Shown here: piece after piece, positions 1 through 11,233 of the stretch
Layout: every line of letters begins with the position of its first letter
Position numbering within the stretch: position 1 is the stretch's first letter
Assembly: GCF_000150275.1 (NCBI RefSeq)
Contig: NW_002060947.1
Location: 3,402,980-3,466,979 of the forward strand
DNA length: 64,000 bases
Direction of reading: 5' to 3'
Source of the DNA: Trichoplax adhaerens
Lineage: Eukaryota; Animalia; Placozoa
The notes under the pieces: generated by a model
Databases searched by the model: none
The model's input: the letters and a program-made list of their open reading frames with translations, nothing else
What the model was told of the DNA's origin: nothing
Program-made: the position numbers and the translations under genes

Positions 1-436
1 TCAAGTCGATAGACTAACGAAAAAGAAATTCAGATGACTATTGCATTATGTGAACGTCATCAATATTNTATTACACAATTGTTATATGATGGGCAACGAG
101 ATAGCTATGATCCGTCCCTTCGCGTAAGTTATTATCATTGAAGACAATACATTAATGATGCCTTTGAGATACCGCCAATTAAAATTAATCCTATTAGCAT
201 TTCGCCATCACTTACGACGATAACAATACGATTATCGCATTAGAATTGCCAATGTATTTGATTGAGTTATTATTGTTTTCAATGAAATCACTATGGTAAA
301 GGGGCATCACTATAAACAAATCCGTCAATTTTTAATTCGATATTGACTTTACCTGTAAGCGAAATAAAAGTTCCTAAGTACACAATAGCCGATGTTATTT
401 AGCTTTAGGTCATTAATGCTAAAGTAAATGCCGATA

Positions 437-461
437 CGGCGATACGAGACTCGTATCGCCG
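437..461. repeat. 12-bp perfect inverted repeat with 1-nt spacer
   Basis: CGGCGATACGAG-A-CTCGTATCGCCG. Confidence 0.85.
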
Positions 462-2932
462 GTCAAAAAGTTAACCATATATGAGGGTGATTTTATGTAG
501 TTCATTACCTTCATCTATTATTATTTGTATTTATTGCCGGATTTTTGAAGCCTATCTTTAGAATTGTGTTACACTTGTATTTGTCGTACATGGGGTAGAA
601 TAGATATTATTACGTCTAGGGTAATCCTAATCTTGAAAAATCTTGCCTGAGTGCGATCAGTTCTTAAGAAGACGTTGGCCGTAATTTTAATCCATACAGG
701 TGTGTGTTGCGCTGATTTATCGTGTATTAACGTTCACAATATATCATTTTTTTAAATCAATACAGTATAAGGCGATCCTATTAAGGCCGCAAGCATTTCA
801 TAATGAATGATCATTTCCTTCTAGGGGGGATAAATGATTACTAAGAGAAATGACAATTAGTCTGTCCAATTTGTTAATAATCATTTGAATATTACGATAT
901 GCATATTGTTTACTGTGTCTCATCTGATGAGCTCCTGTAATGCAATTATCGTTAGTCGTATTAATAGATGATTGATTAACAATCATTGATCAAAGCAATT
1001 CTAATGGCTATTAAACTTGAGAAAAAAAGGCTGAAACTTTTACACGGGTAATTCTTCAATTCAACAGGTGCGATAATAGGATGACCGCTATTCCATATGC
1101 CATATATCAAAGCAATGTAACGCCATCGAAGTTTATTGTATTTTAACTTTTCATTGTAACGAATTTAAGGTACTATTAGCGACAATAAAATATTATTATT
1201 GATAAAAATTTCAAATCATTGAAATCGCTGCTATCCGTTGAATTAGTGTGTTAGCATACTGTAAATAGCTAGTTTATACAGTAGGTGCCATTTAATATTT
1301 ATATACCTTAAATTGGATATAAGGTAACCCTGATAATAATACTTTCCATACCTACCAAGGCTAATCTTTACTAACCGGGTGAGGACTGAGGAAGATACAA
1401 ACAACAATCTTAATACTATTATTTGGTCACTAATATTACAGGACATTTGAGTATGATGAACACCAGCTGTTAATGGATGTCGTAGAACCTATAAGGGCAT
1501 AACAATTATGTTTTAAGCTAGTGATAACATCAATGAAAGGTTTGGAGCTCAGCAAGGATCTTGTTGCTCAGAATTGAATTGTTTGAATTGTTTAAAAGGA
1601 CATGATTATAAAGGTTTCTTCATCACTTTGTTAACCATAATTTCAACTATTGTATTTTACGTAACGCCTCACCAATTCAAGTTATATACCGTATATACGA
1701 GTCGTATGTTGGAAGGTATTTATATCATGCAGGAGGATCGAATATAACAATAATATACTTCAAGGTGGCACAGACAAAGTAAGTATTTGGTAAAGAATAT
1801 GGATAAAGTATTTCGTGTTGGTTAGAATAGCGTAAATAAATAGAATTCTTAGCCTATCGGGTTATTAAAAATGATGACAATCAAGGATAAAGGGTACGTA
1901 CACTGGTAATAAAATGACGACTGACTCATCTTACAAACACGCAGTTTGAAAGATTATGTATTATTTATTATACATGGATCATTGCGAATGACTTCAATTT
2001 TCGCAGGATTACCAATTGTCTGGCTTTACAATTTGTACTATAATTGATTATCTTAATCAAGGTAGGCAAAATACTACGATCATTAAATACATGAGCCAAT
2101 GCAATTTTTATTTGCTCTAATATTTTAATTTTAACATCATATTCACTGTTACCATTAACTGCCTGTATTAAATGTCACAACTTTTTTTGCAAAAGGTTTA
2201 TCTTTGGTAAAAACGCCGCTCTTTCTTAAGACCGAAAATTTGATGATTAATATTAATGTTCCTATACATAAGCACGAATTTAGCCAACGAGAAACTTATA
2301 TAAACTTCCGGGCCTTTTGAAATATATTCTATGCTATTATTTACTATTGAAAATAGTTTCCATCAACGATTAAAAATTTAGATTGTGTTCAAATATTAAG
2401 AAAAAAGTTATACTTTAACTAAACTGTCCATGTAATCAGTTATCAAGTAAATCTCCACTATATCTTGCATTTAATAGCATCAGTAGAAGTCCGTAATGCA
2501 ATTTCAAATCAGAAATCATGGTACTAATAACGCAAGTCAGAACTGTAATCGGAAAAGTTACTACTGATACAAATATTATGACTTACGGTACAAAATACGA
2601 CACGCAGAGATCGGAATCTGGCCTCGGAAGATTCAATAATAATTATATTAGTACTGTATACCAGTTAAAACAGCAACTTGTATCTGACGCTAGCGTATTT
2701 GTACAAGTGTATTCTGGTATAATTTTTATAGTATATATTAATAATATGTGTATGGTAGTAGAATCGGGTATAAGTTCATTCGCTTTTGATATCTCATGGG
2801 AATACAAAGTATTTTAGGAGTAATATACCCAATACTTACACATATCAATCTATCAAGATAAGTACTATTTACCTAATCAAACACCAGTTATAAAGCAGTA
2901 TTAGATGCATAATCATAAAGGAAATAATATTA

Positions 2933-5900
2933 TTAATAGTCGAGTGCTTTCTTAACAGCGTCTAAGCATCGCCACTTATCCGGAACATAGAAGGGTTCAA
3001 ATATGTGTGGGAAAGGCGTATCCAACCCACATACTCTCTGGATTGGCGCTTCTAAGCTAAGAAAGCATCGCTCCTAAATATTGATATAAAGAAAACCTTA
3101 CAGTCAAGTTCTTATGCTAAACTGAAATATGAAATCGTACATGGAAATAAGTATTTGTCATAAATCAACCTGGATAGTACTAGCAATTTCGGCTCCAAAT
3201 CCAGAGGTTATTGGGGCTTCATGGCTCACAACTAGTCTTCCAGTTTTCTTAACAGACTTTAAATTGCATTAAGAAATTATAGCGTGATTTAGTCTGTTTA
3301 GATAGCTTCACTTTAGAAATCGCATACAAAATTTTCAATAATAATCAACAGTAATATATATACTACCTTCACTACAGTTTGATAATCCCAAGGTAAAATT
3401 GTTCTTAAATCTATAACTTCACATGATGCTCCAAATTTTTCACGAGCCATATCGGCAACCTCTTTTATAATGTGAAATTGAGTGCCCCAAGCGACAAGTG
3501 TTATGTCGCTACCTATAAAACAAAATATACAAATCTCAAGGTATTAAATTAGCAAATAATTCCATCATGCACGGTTTAGAAATGTTATTATAAACTACTT
3601 TAAGATGGTATGAAATCAAAAGATTGTATCATCATGTAATTTAAGCCGTATTTACAGCCAAAAATCATGCCTTTTAAAGACAAGATTTGGTACATTTGAT
3701 AGCATCTCTACGAACGTAAAGAGTATAGATTTAAAGAATCCTATGTTATCACAAGCATAGTATTTTGCAAATATGACATAGCAAAGTTTGCGCTGCTTTA
3801 TCAATTACAAGCGACCAAATTTCTGAACACTAGAACTATCCTTACCCTCCATAACTACTTCAGCTTTTGATAGCGGAATTTCATAGTCATCTACCGGAAC
3901 TTCTTCGACTGTGATGCAATATAATAAAAATGTAACTTATTTAGCGATTAAAAGACAGCATTATAACATTAATCTACAACCTGCAGAACGATATAGCACT
4001 TTCGGTTCTAAAAATATGGCAGGATTCGGATCACGAATGCAAGACAACAGCAGACCTTTGGCTTGTATAGGACTGCGAGGAATGACAACCTTAGCAAACG
4101 AAACAAAGAGACTTCCCTGCTTAGATTATAATAATATCTATGGTGATATACACTTAAAATAATATTATGTAGCATTAGATGAATGGCAGTGCAAGAGATC
4201 TTGATCAGAATTAATGTAGGTCAGTTTGCAAATTTTTTAAATACTGCAGTAATTAGTCGAACCTTAAGTCCAGGAGTATGTGAAAAGTATGCTTCTGGTG
4301 ACTGCGAATGATATAAGGCACCATGACCAACAGCTCCACAAGGTGCTCTGATTGTTAACTTGCCACAGTCATATATATTACCAGAGCGATAGCGATATTT
4401 TGCAGCTTCATTTACAATCTGTGGTTAAAATTGCAATAAACACAATCGATAAAAAGCGGTTAATTGTTAGCTGTATAGACTCTACTGGTTGAGTGCATCC
4501 CCTTGGTATAAATTTGTAAGATTGTACAACATAATTATCAAGGTTACTGTTCTAGCTCAACTGGATAATATTTACAATAACAGGCAAATTTTACACGTCT
4601 GGCATATCGATGATATAAGGGTCATTTCCGTGGAGTAAATTTTATTTTACGTTCGGAAATATAACATACTGCGTATTTCTTACTAATATATTACCTTAGT
4701 AGGCAATTTAAGTTGATTATCGACTATTATATAATATTATAACAGATAAAATCGTTCTATTCTTACTTTGGTATTTGCAGTACCTGATCAAAAGCGGGAA
4801 ATATATAGTCAGCAAATTGAATTTCTGCTATCGCAGTAGCTCCAGCAGCCGCTAAACCAATTCCAAAACCGGCAATTCCTTGCTCACATAATGGAGTATT
4901 AAATACTCGATCCTTTCCTGTATAGATGAAAATAATACATTACGAAATTACCTATCTTTACAAGTGTAAATGACCTCTAATTCAATAGTCGCTAATTGCC
5001 AAAGATCTTGGATTGGACTAACCGTACTTGTCCGCTAGTCCTAAAGTGCAGCGAAATACGCCACCAAAGGCAACGTCTTCTCCAAAGATAACTATTTATT
5101 TTATCAATTACATGAGAAATGTTAATATCTGTTGTTCTATTTGACGCAAAATTAAAATAGACCTTTAGAATTAACTTGAGTTGATTTTTTAGATAGAGAT
5201 ATCATTCATTGCTAATATCAACGACGTTAATGCTATTAAAAGTTCGAGTACTTCTGCTATACAGATATCAAGGCTTATATTATTAGTTGTTAATTGATAT
5301 TTACTAAGAATTTATGTAACTTGAAATCTTTGTAATAGGTATAGTAAACCATTATTAAAGATGTCTCACAGTTTTCCATAAAATGTAATTGAATTAGATT
5401 GGGTTCTGATATGTACAGTATTGTAAAAATAAGTCGTTATAATTAAAAGGTAAATTAGATGAGTATTTAATATTTAATATTAATACTCGTATGTAATTAT
5501 TCATATGGATATGTAATAAGATTTTATTTGTGAAATAGCATAGCCTACAGTATATCATAGCCTTAAATATAGCTAGTGAAGTTCTCGTATCATGATGACA
5601 TTTTGTGTTATTAGTGGAAGCATCTAAGCACATGTTGATGAGTAAAAAGATCAACTTTACTAGCTGCATTCAGAGTAACTATCGTGCAAAATAATAATAT
5701 AGATACATAACAGTTCTGAAGTACTATTTTTATCTAAAACTTGTAAAATCTTTATCATCGGATGTGCAAATTGATGCATATAAGAGAGTTCTGTAAAATA
5801 AAGCTAGACTTTTCTTAAGCTCAAAACTAAACTGTTCTTACGGTCGTTGAGGAGACTAGTAACAACAGATTCGAATAGACATGAACAATTTATTCCATTT

Positions 5901-7193
5901 TAACATGCAATGTCAGCTAGCAGTTACACCCACTTGCTTGCAAATTTATTTCTCTACTATTTGTTTTTAGTTCTTGAAAGGCCAAAATTTACCGATTAAT
6001 GTTGGGCTTGCAAATACGTATAATAAACGTATAATATAATTTCAATTACTTAGTATGCACACTGTGTGCATTGCACAGGTGTTGTGTTAACTATCATTTA
6101 TCATATATTATTGGATAGAGTACATTGCATAAAACAAAAATTCAGGTTATCAATTATAACCGTCAATATGTGATATATATCTTACCTGCATTTGGGTCAC
6201 TAGCCATAGCAATATCCATAGCATTCGTTAACGATTGAAACAAATTTAATCTTTTCGTTTCACCTATAGGAATGAGAACATCGCATTTGAAAGTTTATTA
6301 AGCACTGTACTCTGAAATATACGTATTATCCCTTACGATCGATATTAAATTGAATAAGAATGTGATTAGCAGCTGCGCACAGTAAGGTACTTATGTATGT
6401 TTTACGGTAAATGAATATTAGTACAATATTTCATAGCTGATTAATATATTATATACCCGTACGCGCACATTTGAGAAATAAAGTCCTATTGATAGATCGG
6501 ATCATGTCAATTTCACGAATTTACACATGTGAAAGCGCAACTACAATAGGTCGAAAGCTCATGAATAGTCATCCTACGTTGTGATTTGAGTAGCCTTATA
6601 TGTGGACAGTCTGAGATCTATCCCGTGATAAGCTGCAGTCAGTGTGCATTTAAAGGATCCAGCTTAAGATCAACAATAACTCTCCATTGCTTCTTACTTA
6701 CAGTACACAAGAGCAGAAATTTCTTACAGAAGAGCTAAAAAATAAGTACATATCCCATTGATCGCTCCATATTAGGTAATTGGCGACTGACGTCAAAATT
6801 GCAGAAAGATTAACCATTTCACGTTTATTCTTACATTACACTTTTAGCAAAGATAATCCATCGATACAGTCGTATACAACAGTGAATAAATCTGCCATCT
6901 CCAATACCTCTAATACAGTAACGCAACTTAGGCAAGATATTGTTGTAGTGTTCCTTTATTTCAAGTGGGTTTATTTTACAATATTATTGGCATGTGTCGC
7001 GATTGGAGCGAATTATTGTCGCGCACCTCCCAATAATAACAGCGTCAAAGATAGTACATTAACATACTGTACCTCCATGCAAGCCAACTGATGAGGCATC
7101 TTCTGATTGAAAAACGAATGATATACTTCTGATGGAGGACAGCAACGGGCGCCAGGTAGTTGGCTTAACAGCTGCATTTCTAATAGCTATCAT
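2933..7193 (-). CDS. BCKDHB: Branched-chain alpha-keto acid dehydrogenase E1 beta subunit, mitochondrial (10 exons, 367 aa)
   Basis: Manually spliced GT-AG exons 7073-7193, 6186-6263, 5023-5091, 4784-4917, 4263-4418, 3981-4089, 3846-3908, 3367-3512, 3170-3256, 2933-3073 give one continuous frame. It contains [74 protein letters not shown] and ends [19 protein letters not shown]...DY*. The basic, Ser-rich N-terminus resembles a transit peptide. Confidence 0.96.
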
Positions 7194-7357
7194 TATTAAT
7201 TAGGATAAGTTGTAAAATAAAGTCAACGCAAACGGAGTGAAAGATGTTTTCAATCTCCTCAACCAGCCAAACGTGTAGACGAACTGCAGTCTGCAATGCT
7301 AGATTGACTATCCTACTACTAGTAGTAAAGCTTTTCTTTTGCACTTTACTGCAACGT

Positions 7358-7740
7358 TGTACAGTCCAGTACTGTACACATGGGACGACGCACTTTAAAA
7401 CTCACCGTCAACAGATTTTGCAGGTCTCCGGGATCACACCAGGCGTTGGAAAGTACAGAGTACGGTCCAGTTACGGTACAATACGGTCCAGTTATGGTAC
7501 AATACGGTACGGTACCGTGCGGTACTGTACTGCTCTCTTATTACAGTACATACTTTACAGTGTACAGTACGACTGTACTGTACGCACAGTACTGTACTGT
7601 ACACTTGTACCAAGTTGTACAGTACGTACGGTAGTGCATAAATCGATCGAGATCTTGCTTTCAACAATAACAGCCCTTCATATACAGTACAGTACTGTAC
7701 TGTGCATCGAGCTGCAACAGTAAGATGTACAATTGTACAG
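7358..7740. repeat. (GTAC-N)n low-complexity island A between the divergent BCKDHB and COMMD5 starts
   Basis: Dense CAGTA/TACTG/TACGG units, a 20-bp palindrome ACAGTACAGTACTGTACTGT at 7684-7703 and a 21-bp tandem duplication at 7461-7502. Confidence 0.9.
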
Positions 7741-7870
7741 CTCCTACCTCCACCCGTCGATTCGTATTCGTGGTTTGGCAAAGAAAGGATCGTTTTGACT
7801 ATTCCTTGAACAATATTTGCCTCAGTTTCAAGCACAATTGTGATACTACAGAGTAAACATAGCTAAGGAT

Positions 7871-10065
7871 ATGGCAAGTAAAGTCAGCCATGGAACTAAG
7901 CCTGGTAATAGACCAGGCGCAATTGAAAGAACACTTTTTGCCGGATATAAAGTACCCGATGAAGTTTCAAAAATGTCCAAGTTATTGAAAAAGATTGATC
8001 ATTCAAGTTACCGTAAAATAGTAGTAGGTGAGTTATGAAAGCTAGCTTTTCCGCTCAAAGAGCAAACTAATAAGATCAATCATATTATCAAAAAGCAATT
8101 TCACCTACAGTATGTGCTTTCTACTGAGAGTAGGCTTAAGGTTACGTGCAGTGCCCTCGAGGTCGATAGTGATCTTACAGTAGAGTTTTGTTAACTTATT
8201 ATCAATGCAATTCATAGCATTGTACACTTCAGTTAGTTATTCTGCTTCAGATTGCTATCGAAATTATCTTCAGTACTGTACAGCCCCATTTGTGACACCG
8301 TAAAATTTGAATCGCATTAGTCTATTTGCATAACTTAAAAGATTAGATTTGAGTTTCAATATAATCAGACTCCGATATAAGTTCACATACTGTATGTAAG
8401 ATTGAGTGAGATTATCCTCTCGTAAGATGGTGAATCTCTTTGCGTCACTAGTTTTGAGCATTGAAATAGCATTATTTATATTTTGATACTATCTATCAGA
8501 TAATCTGTGGTATGAAAGTATAGAACTATTAATTAAGCAACCATTCCCTTTCTCGGTTCATGTCTAAATGAATATAATAATTAAATTATTATTTACAATT
8601 TCAAATTACTTGTTCTTACTCCAGTATTTCACACTATACTCAATTATAGCTGTTGTTAAAGACATCGAGGGAGACACTTCTAGCTATCACAGAGTCCTCA
8701 AAGAAGTTAAATCAGAAGAATTGCCGATTGATAACTTTAACATAATTTTTGCTGGTACCAAATTGCTTATAGCAAGTAGTATCAGACTACCAGATGCATC
8801 TCTGAAGAGCGAGGTTTGTAAATTAATCAATTTACCTATAATTTATCTCTTACTATACTATTTCTAGCATTGTACGTCCATAGAATATTTATTTCCAGGT
8901 TGTACAACCAGCTATATGAACCGATATTATAATCACTTATATAGTAGTACGGATGACATTCTCAGTTAGATTTACAGGATATAGCAAGTTAATAAATAGT
9001 TCAGTACTTTTTCATAAATGTTAGAATAGTCACCTAGAATCGCTGATTGGATGTTATACCTAGCAATTATTTGATGATAAGTTTACAGTATATGATCAAT
9101 TATGAGCAATGCAGTTGCACTATTGTATTTACAATATTACTGGATTGTAAGATTTAAATTATTAGCATTCTTACTTTGATATCGATACGATCAGTTTTCT
9201 GCAGAGATAGAGAAAGAGCTCACTGAAATTGGTACTATACGTCGACAGTAGTAAAAGTATTTAAAATTTTCTGCTGACACTAAATATTATTAGATATTAT
9301 GCTGTACTTTGCTGATGTTTATTATATTAGACTTATAAAAATTATCCTCTCGGAATTTTAGGTATTTGAAACCGATTTACAGCAGATGAGGTAAAGAGCT
9401 ATCAAAGCTACTTAATGGTAGCGATATGTTACAGTATGTCCTTGATAACTTTATGCTGTTATTTTATTGACGTATCATTATTAACTGTTGTAGAATACCG
9501 GATGAAGTTATACCTTATCTGAGAGATGCGGTATATGGTTCAAGGTAAAGGACAAAGAGTGAATAACTGTTGTAGGAAATTGTATATTGTAATGTCTGAA
9601 TCTGAATTTTTATCATAAATAGACGAAAATATATGGAATCCGAAATATTAAACAGCACATGCCATTTTCCACGATGCCAGTCTCTTAGATGGCGTGTTGA
9701 TGTAACGATATCGACTAGGTTATAAAATGTTTTAGTTTCTCTGCTATTATAATGATATACCTTTTGCAACCTTAATTAAAGTCTGTTATGATTTTGTTGT
9801 CTGTAGTACAATCAGTAGATCTCTGGTGCCTAACCTCTTGCTTGAATTGACCCTTAGCAACGGCAAAATATTCACTTTTGAGGTGGGTAGGGAAAACGTA
9901 AATTCTTTGCTGTAAATTGTTACTTAATGTTTCCGTATACCGCTATTCTCAATTGATACTCAGGTTTCTGTGGCGAAATTTCATGAATTGCGATATAATA
10001 TTGCTAAAGTGCTAAAGGAGATGAATAGTGTGGAAAACAAGAACATCTTAAAGATACAAGACTAA
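7871..10065 (+). CDS. COMMD5: COMM domain-containing protein 5 (7 exons, 224 aa)
   Basis: Exons 7871-8027, 8650-8813, 9362-9390, 9494-9544, 9623-9718, 9807-9882, 9964-10065 splice in frame. COMM domain LRWRVDVTISTS...LLELTLSNG...FEVSVAKFHELRYNIAKVLKEM; N-terminal VPDEVSKMSKLL and IRLPDASLK resemble COMMD5 specifically. Confidence 0.9.
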
Positions 10066-11233
10066 ACATGCTTATTTCTACTTTTTAAGCATGGAAAAGT
10101 TATTGGGTCAGCAAAGTACAGTACCGTAGTTTAAATTTAAGAATGCAATATTTCGGTGACCTTCAAAATCACCCCATTGCGTAGGTACGCACAGTACTAG
10201 CTAGACCAACTAGTTATTTTATAACAAAATCAAGATGTCGTATTGTGCTTGTAAAAAGGTACTTATCGATAATTTGTATTATCAATATAATACCGTATGA
10301 TACAATTATAGAAATTGATGTATTGAATATTTCGTGGTTGTTTACCTCATAGGGCTTAACAGTCCTATGGTGTGTGGATTATTAATCGAATATACGATCC
10401 TAAATATCATATATAGATTTCTAAGTGTCAACAGGCAGTGCCAATATTTTACCTTGTAATTTTGTAACATTATAAAATGGCTGTCGCATCTGCTTCTTTG
10501 TCACAATCACTGAACATGTTCATTTATTCAAAAGTTACGAAGAATGTGAAATTAACTCGAGTTAACTGTATTCGTAATCTGATAACAATCATCAAGACGC
10601 TTTTATCATACAAATGTAATCTCAGACAAAGGATATAAAATTCCTATACTAATAAGGTTTGAGTTTTATTTTCTTGATAAATCTTTGTAAAAATTATTGA
10701 TGCGCTATTGAAGATTTAAAATATTAAAAAATGGAATGAAAAGTCAATCATGAACTAGGGTCAAAATTATTTTCGTCAACTTTCGTCAAATATAATTACA
10801 ATGAAACGTTTTGTCATTATTTTAGCAACATCAAGGACATTCTGGCGATATTTACCAAATTCTACAAATGTGAATATTATAGCAGATAGATAGTTCAACT
10901 CGGCTTCTACATCATACAAGTAGATGATTGGTATAAATCTGAAATTGTGGATCTAGAATATTATGCGGAAATATTATAGTGAATAAAAATATCATAGATA
11001 TTAACAAAGTAAAGTCTAGGCATATTTAAGCAATAATGACATCAAAATGATCGCCTACTTAGCTAAGATATCTAATGCAAATCTTGAAACAACAATTATA
11101 AACAGTATAAGTCCAAAATTTTACTTTTATTGTTATCATTTAAAAGTATGTGCATGATACTTGATTTGTTCATGCTCCCCAGAGAAGATATCAAGACAAA
11201 TGCAACATGGTTTACAGAGCTGTAAGATTATGA

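Noticed and set aside
7358-7740. CRISPR-like or satellite interpretation of the GTAC repeats
   Set aside because: No constant repeat with unique spacers, no cas genes, eukaryotic context, and the arrays are short and degenerate.
7244-7835. Overlapping ORFs rich in Y/C/T/V/Q/S (also 15976-16885, 47919-48350, 57978-58656)
   Set aside because: They are translations of stop-poor GTAC arrays, not proteins.
9195-9231. Possible mutually exclusive COMMD5 exon (AEIEKELTEIG-like)
   Set aside because: The good splice sites give phases incompatible with the flanking 0/2 phases; exon 9362-9390 fits exactly.
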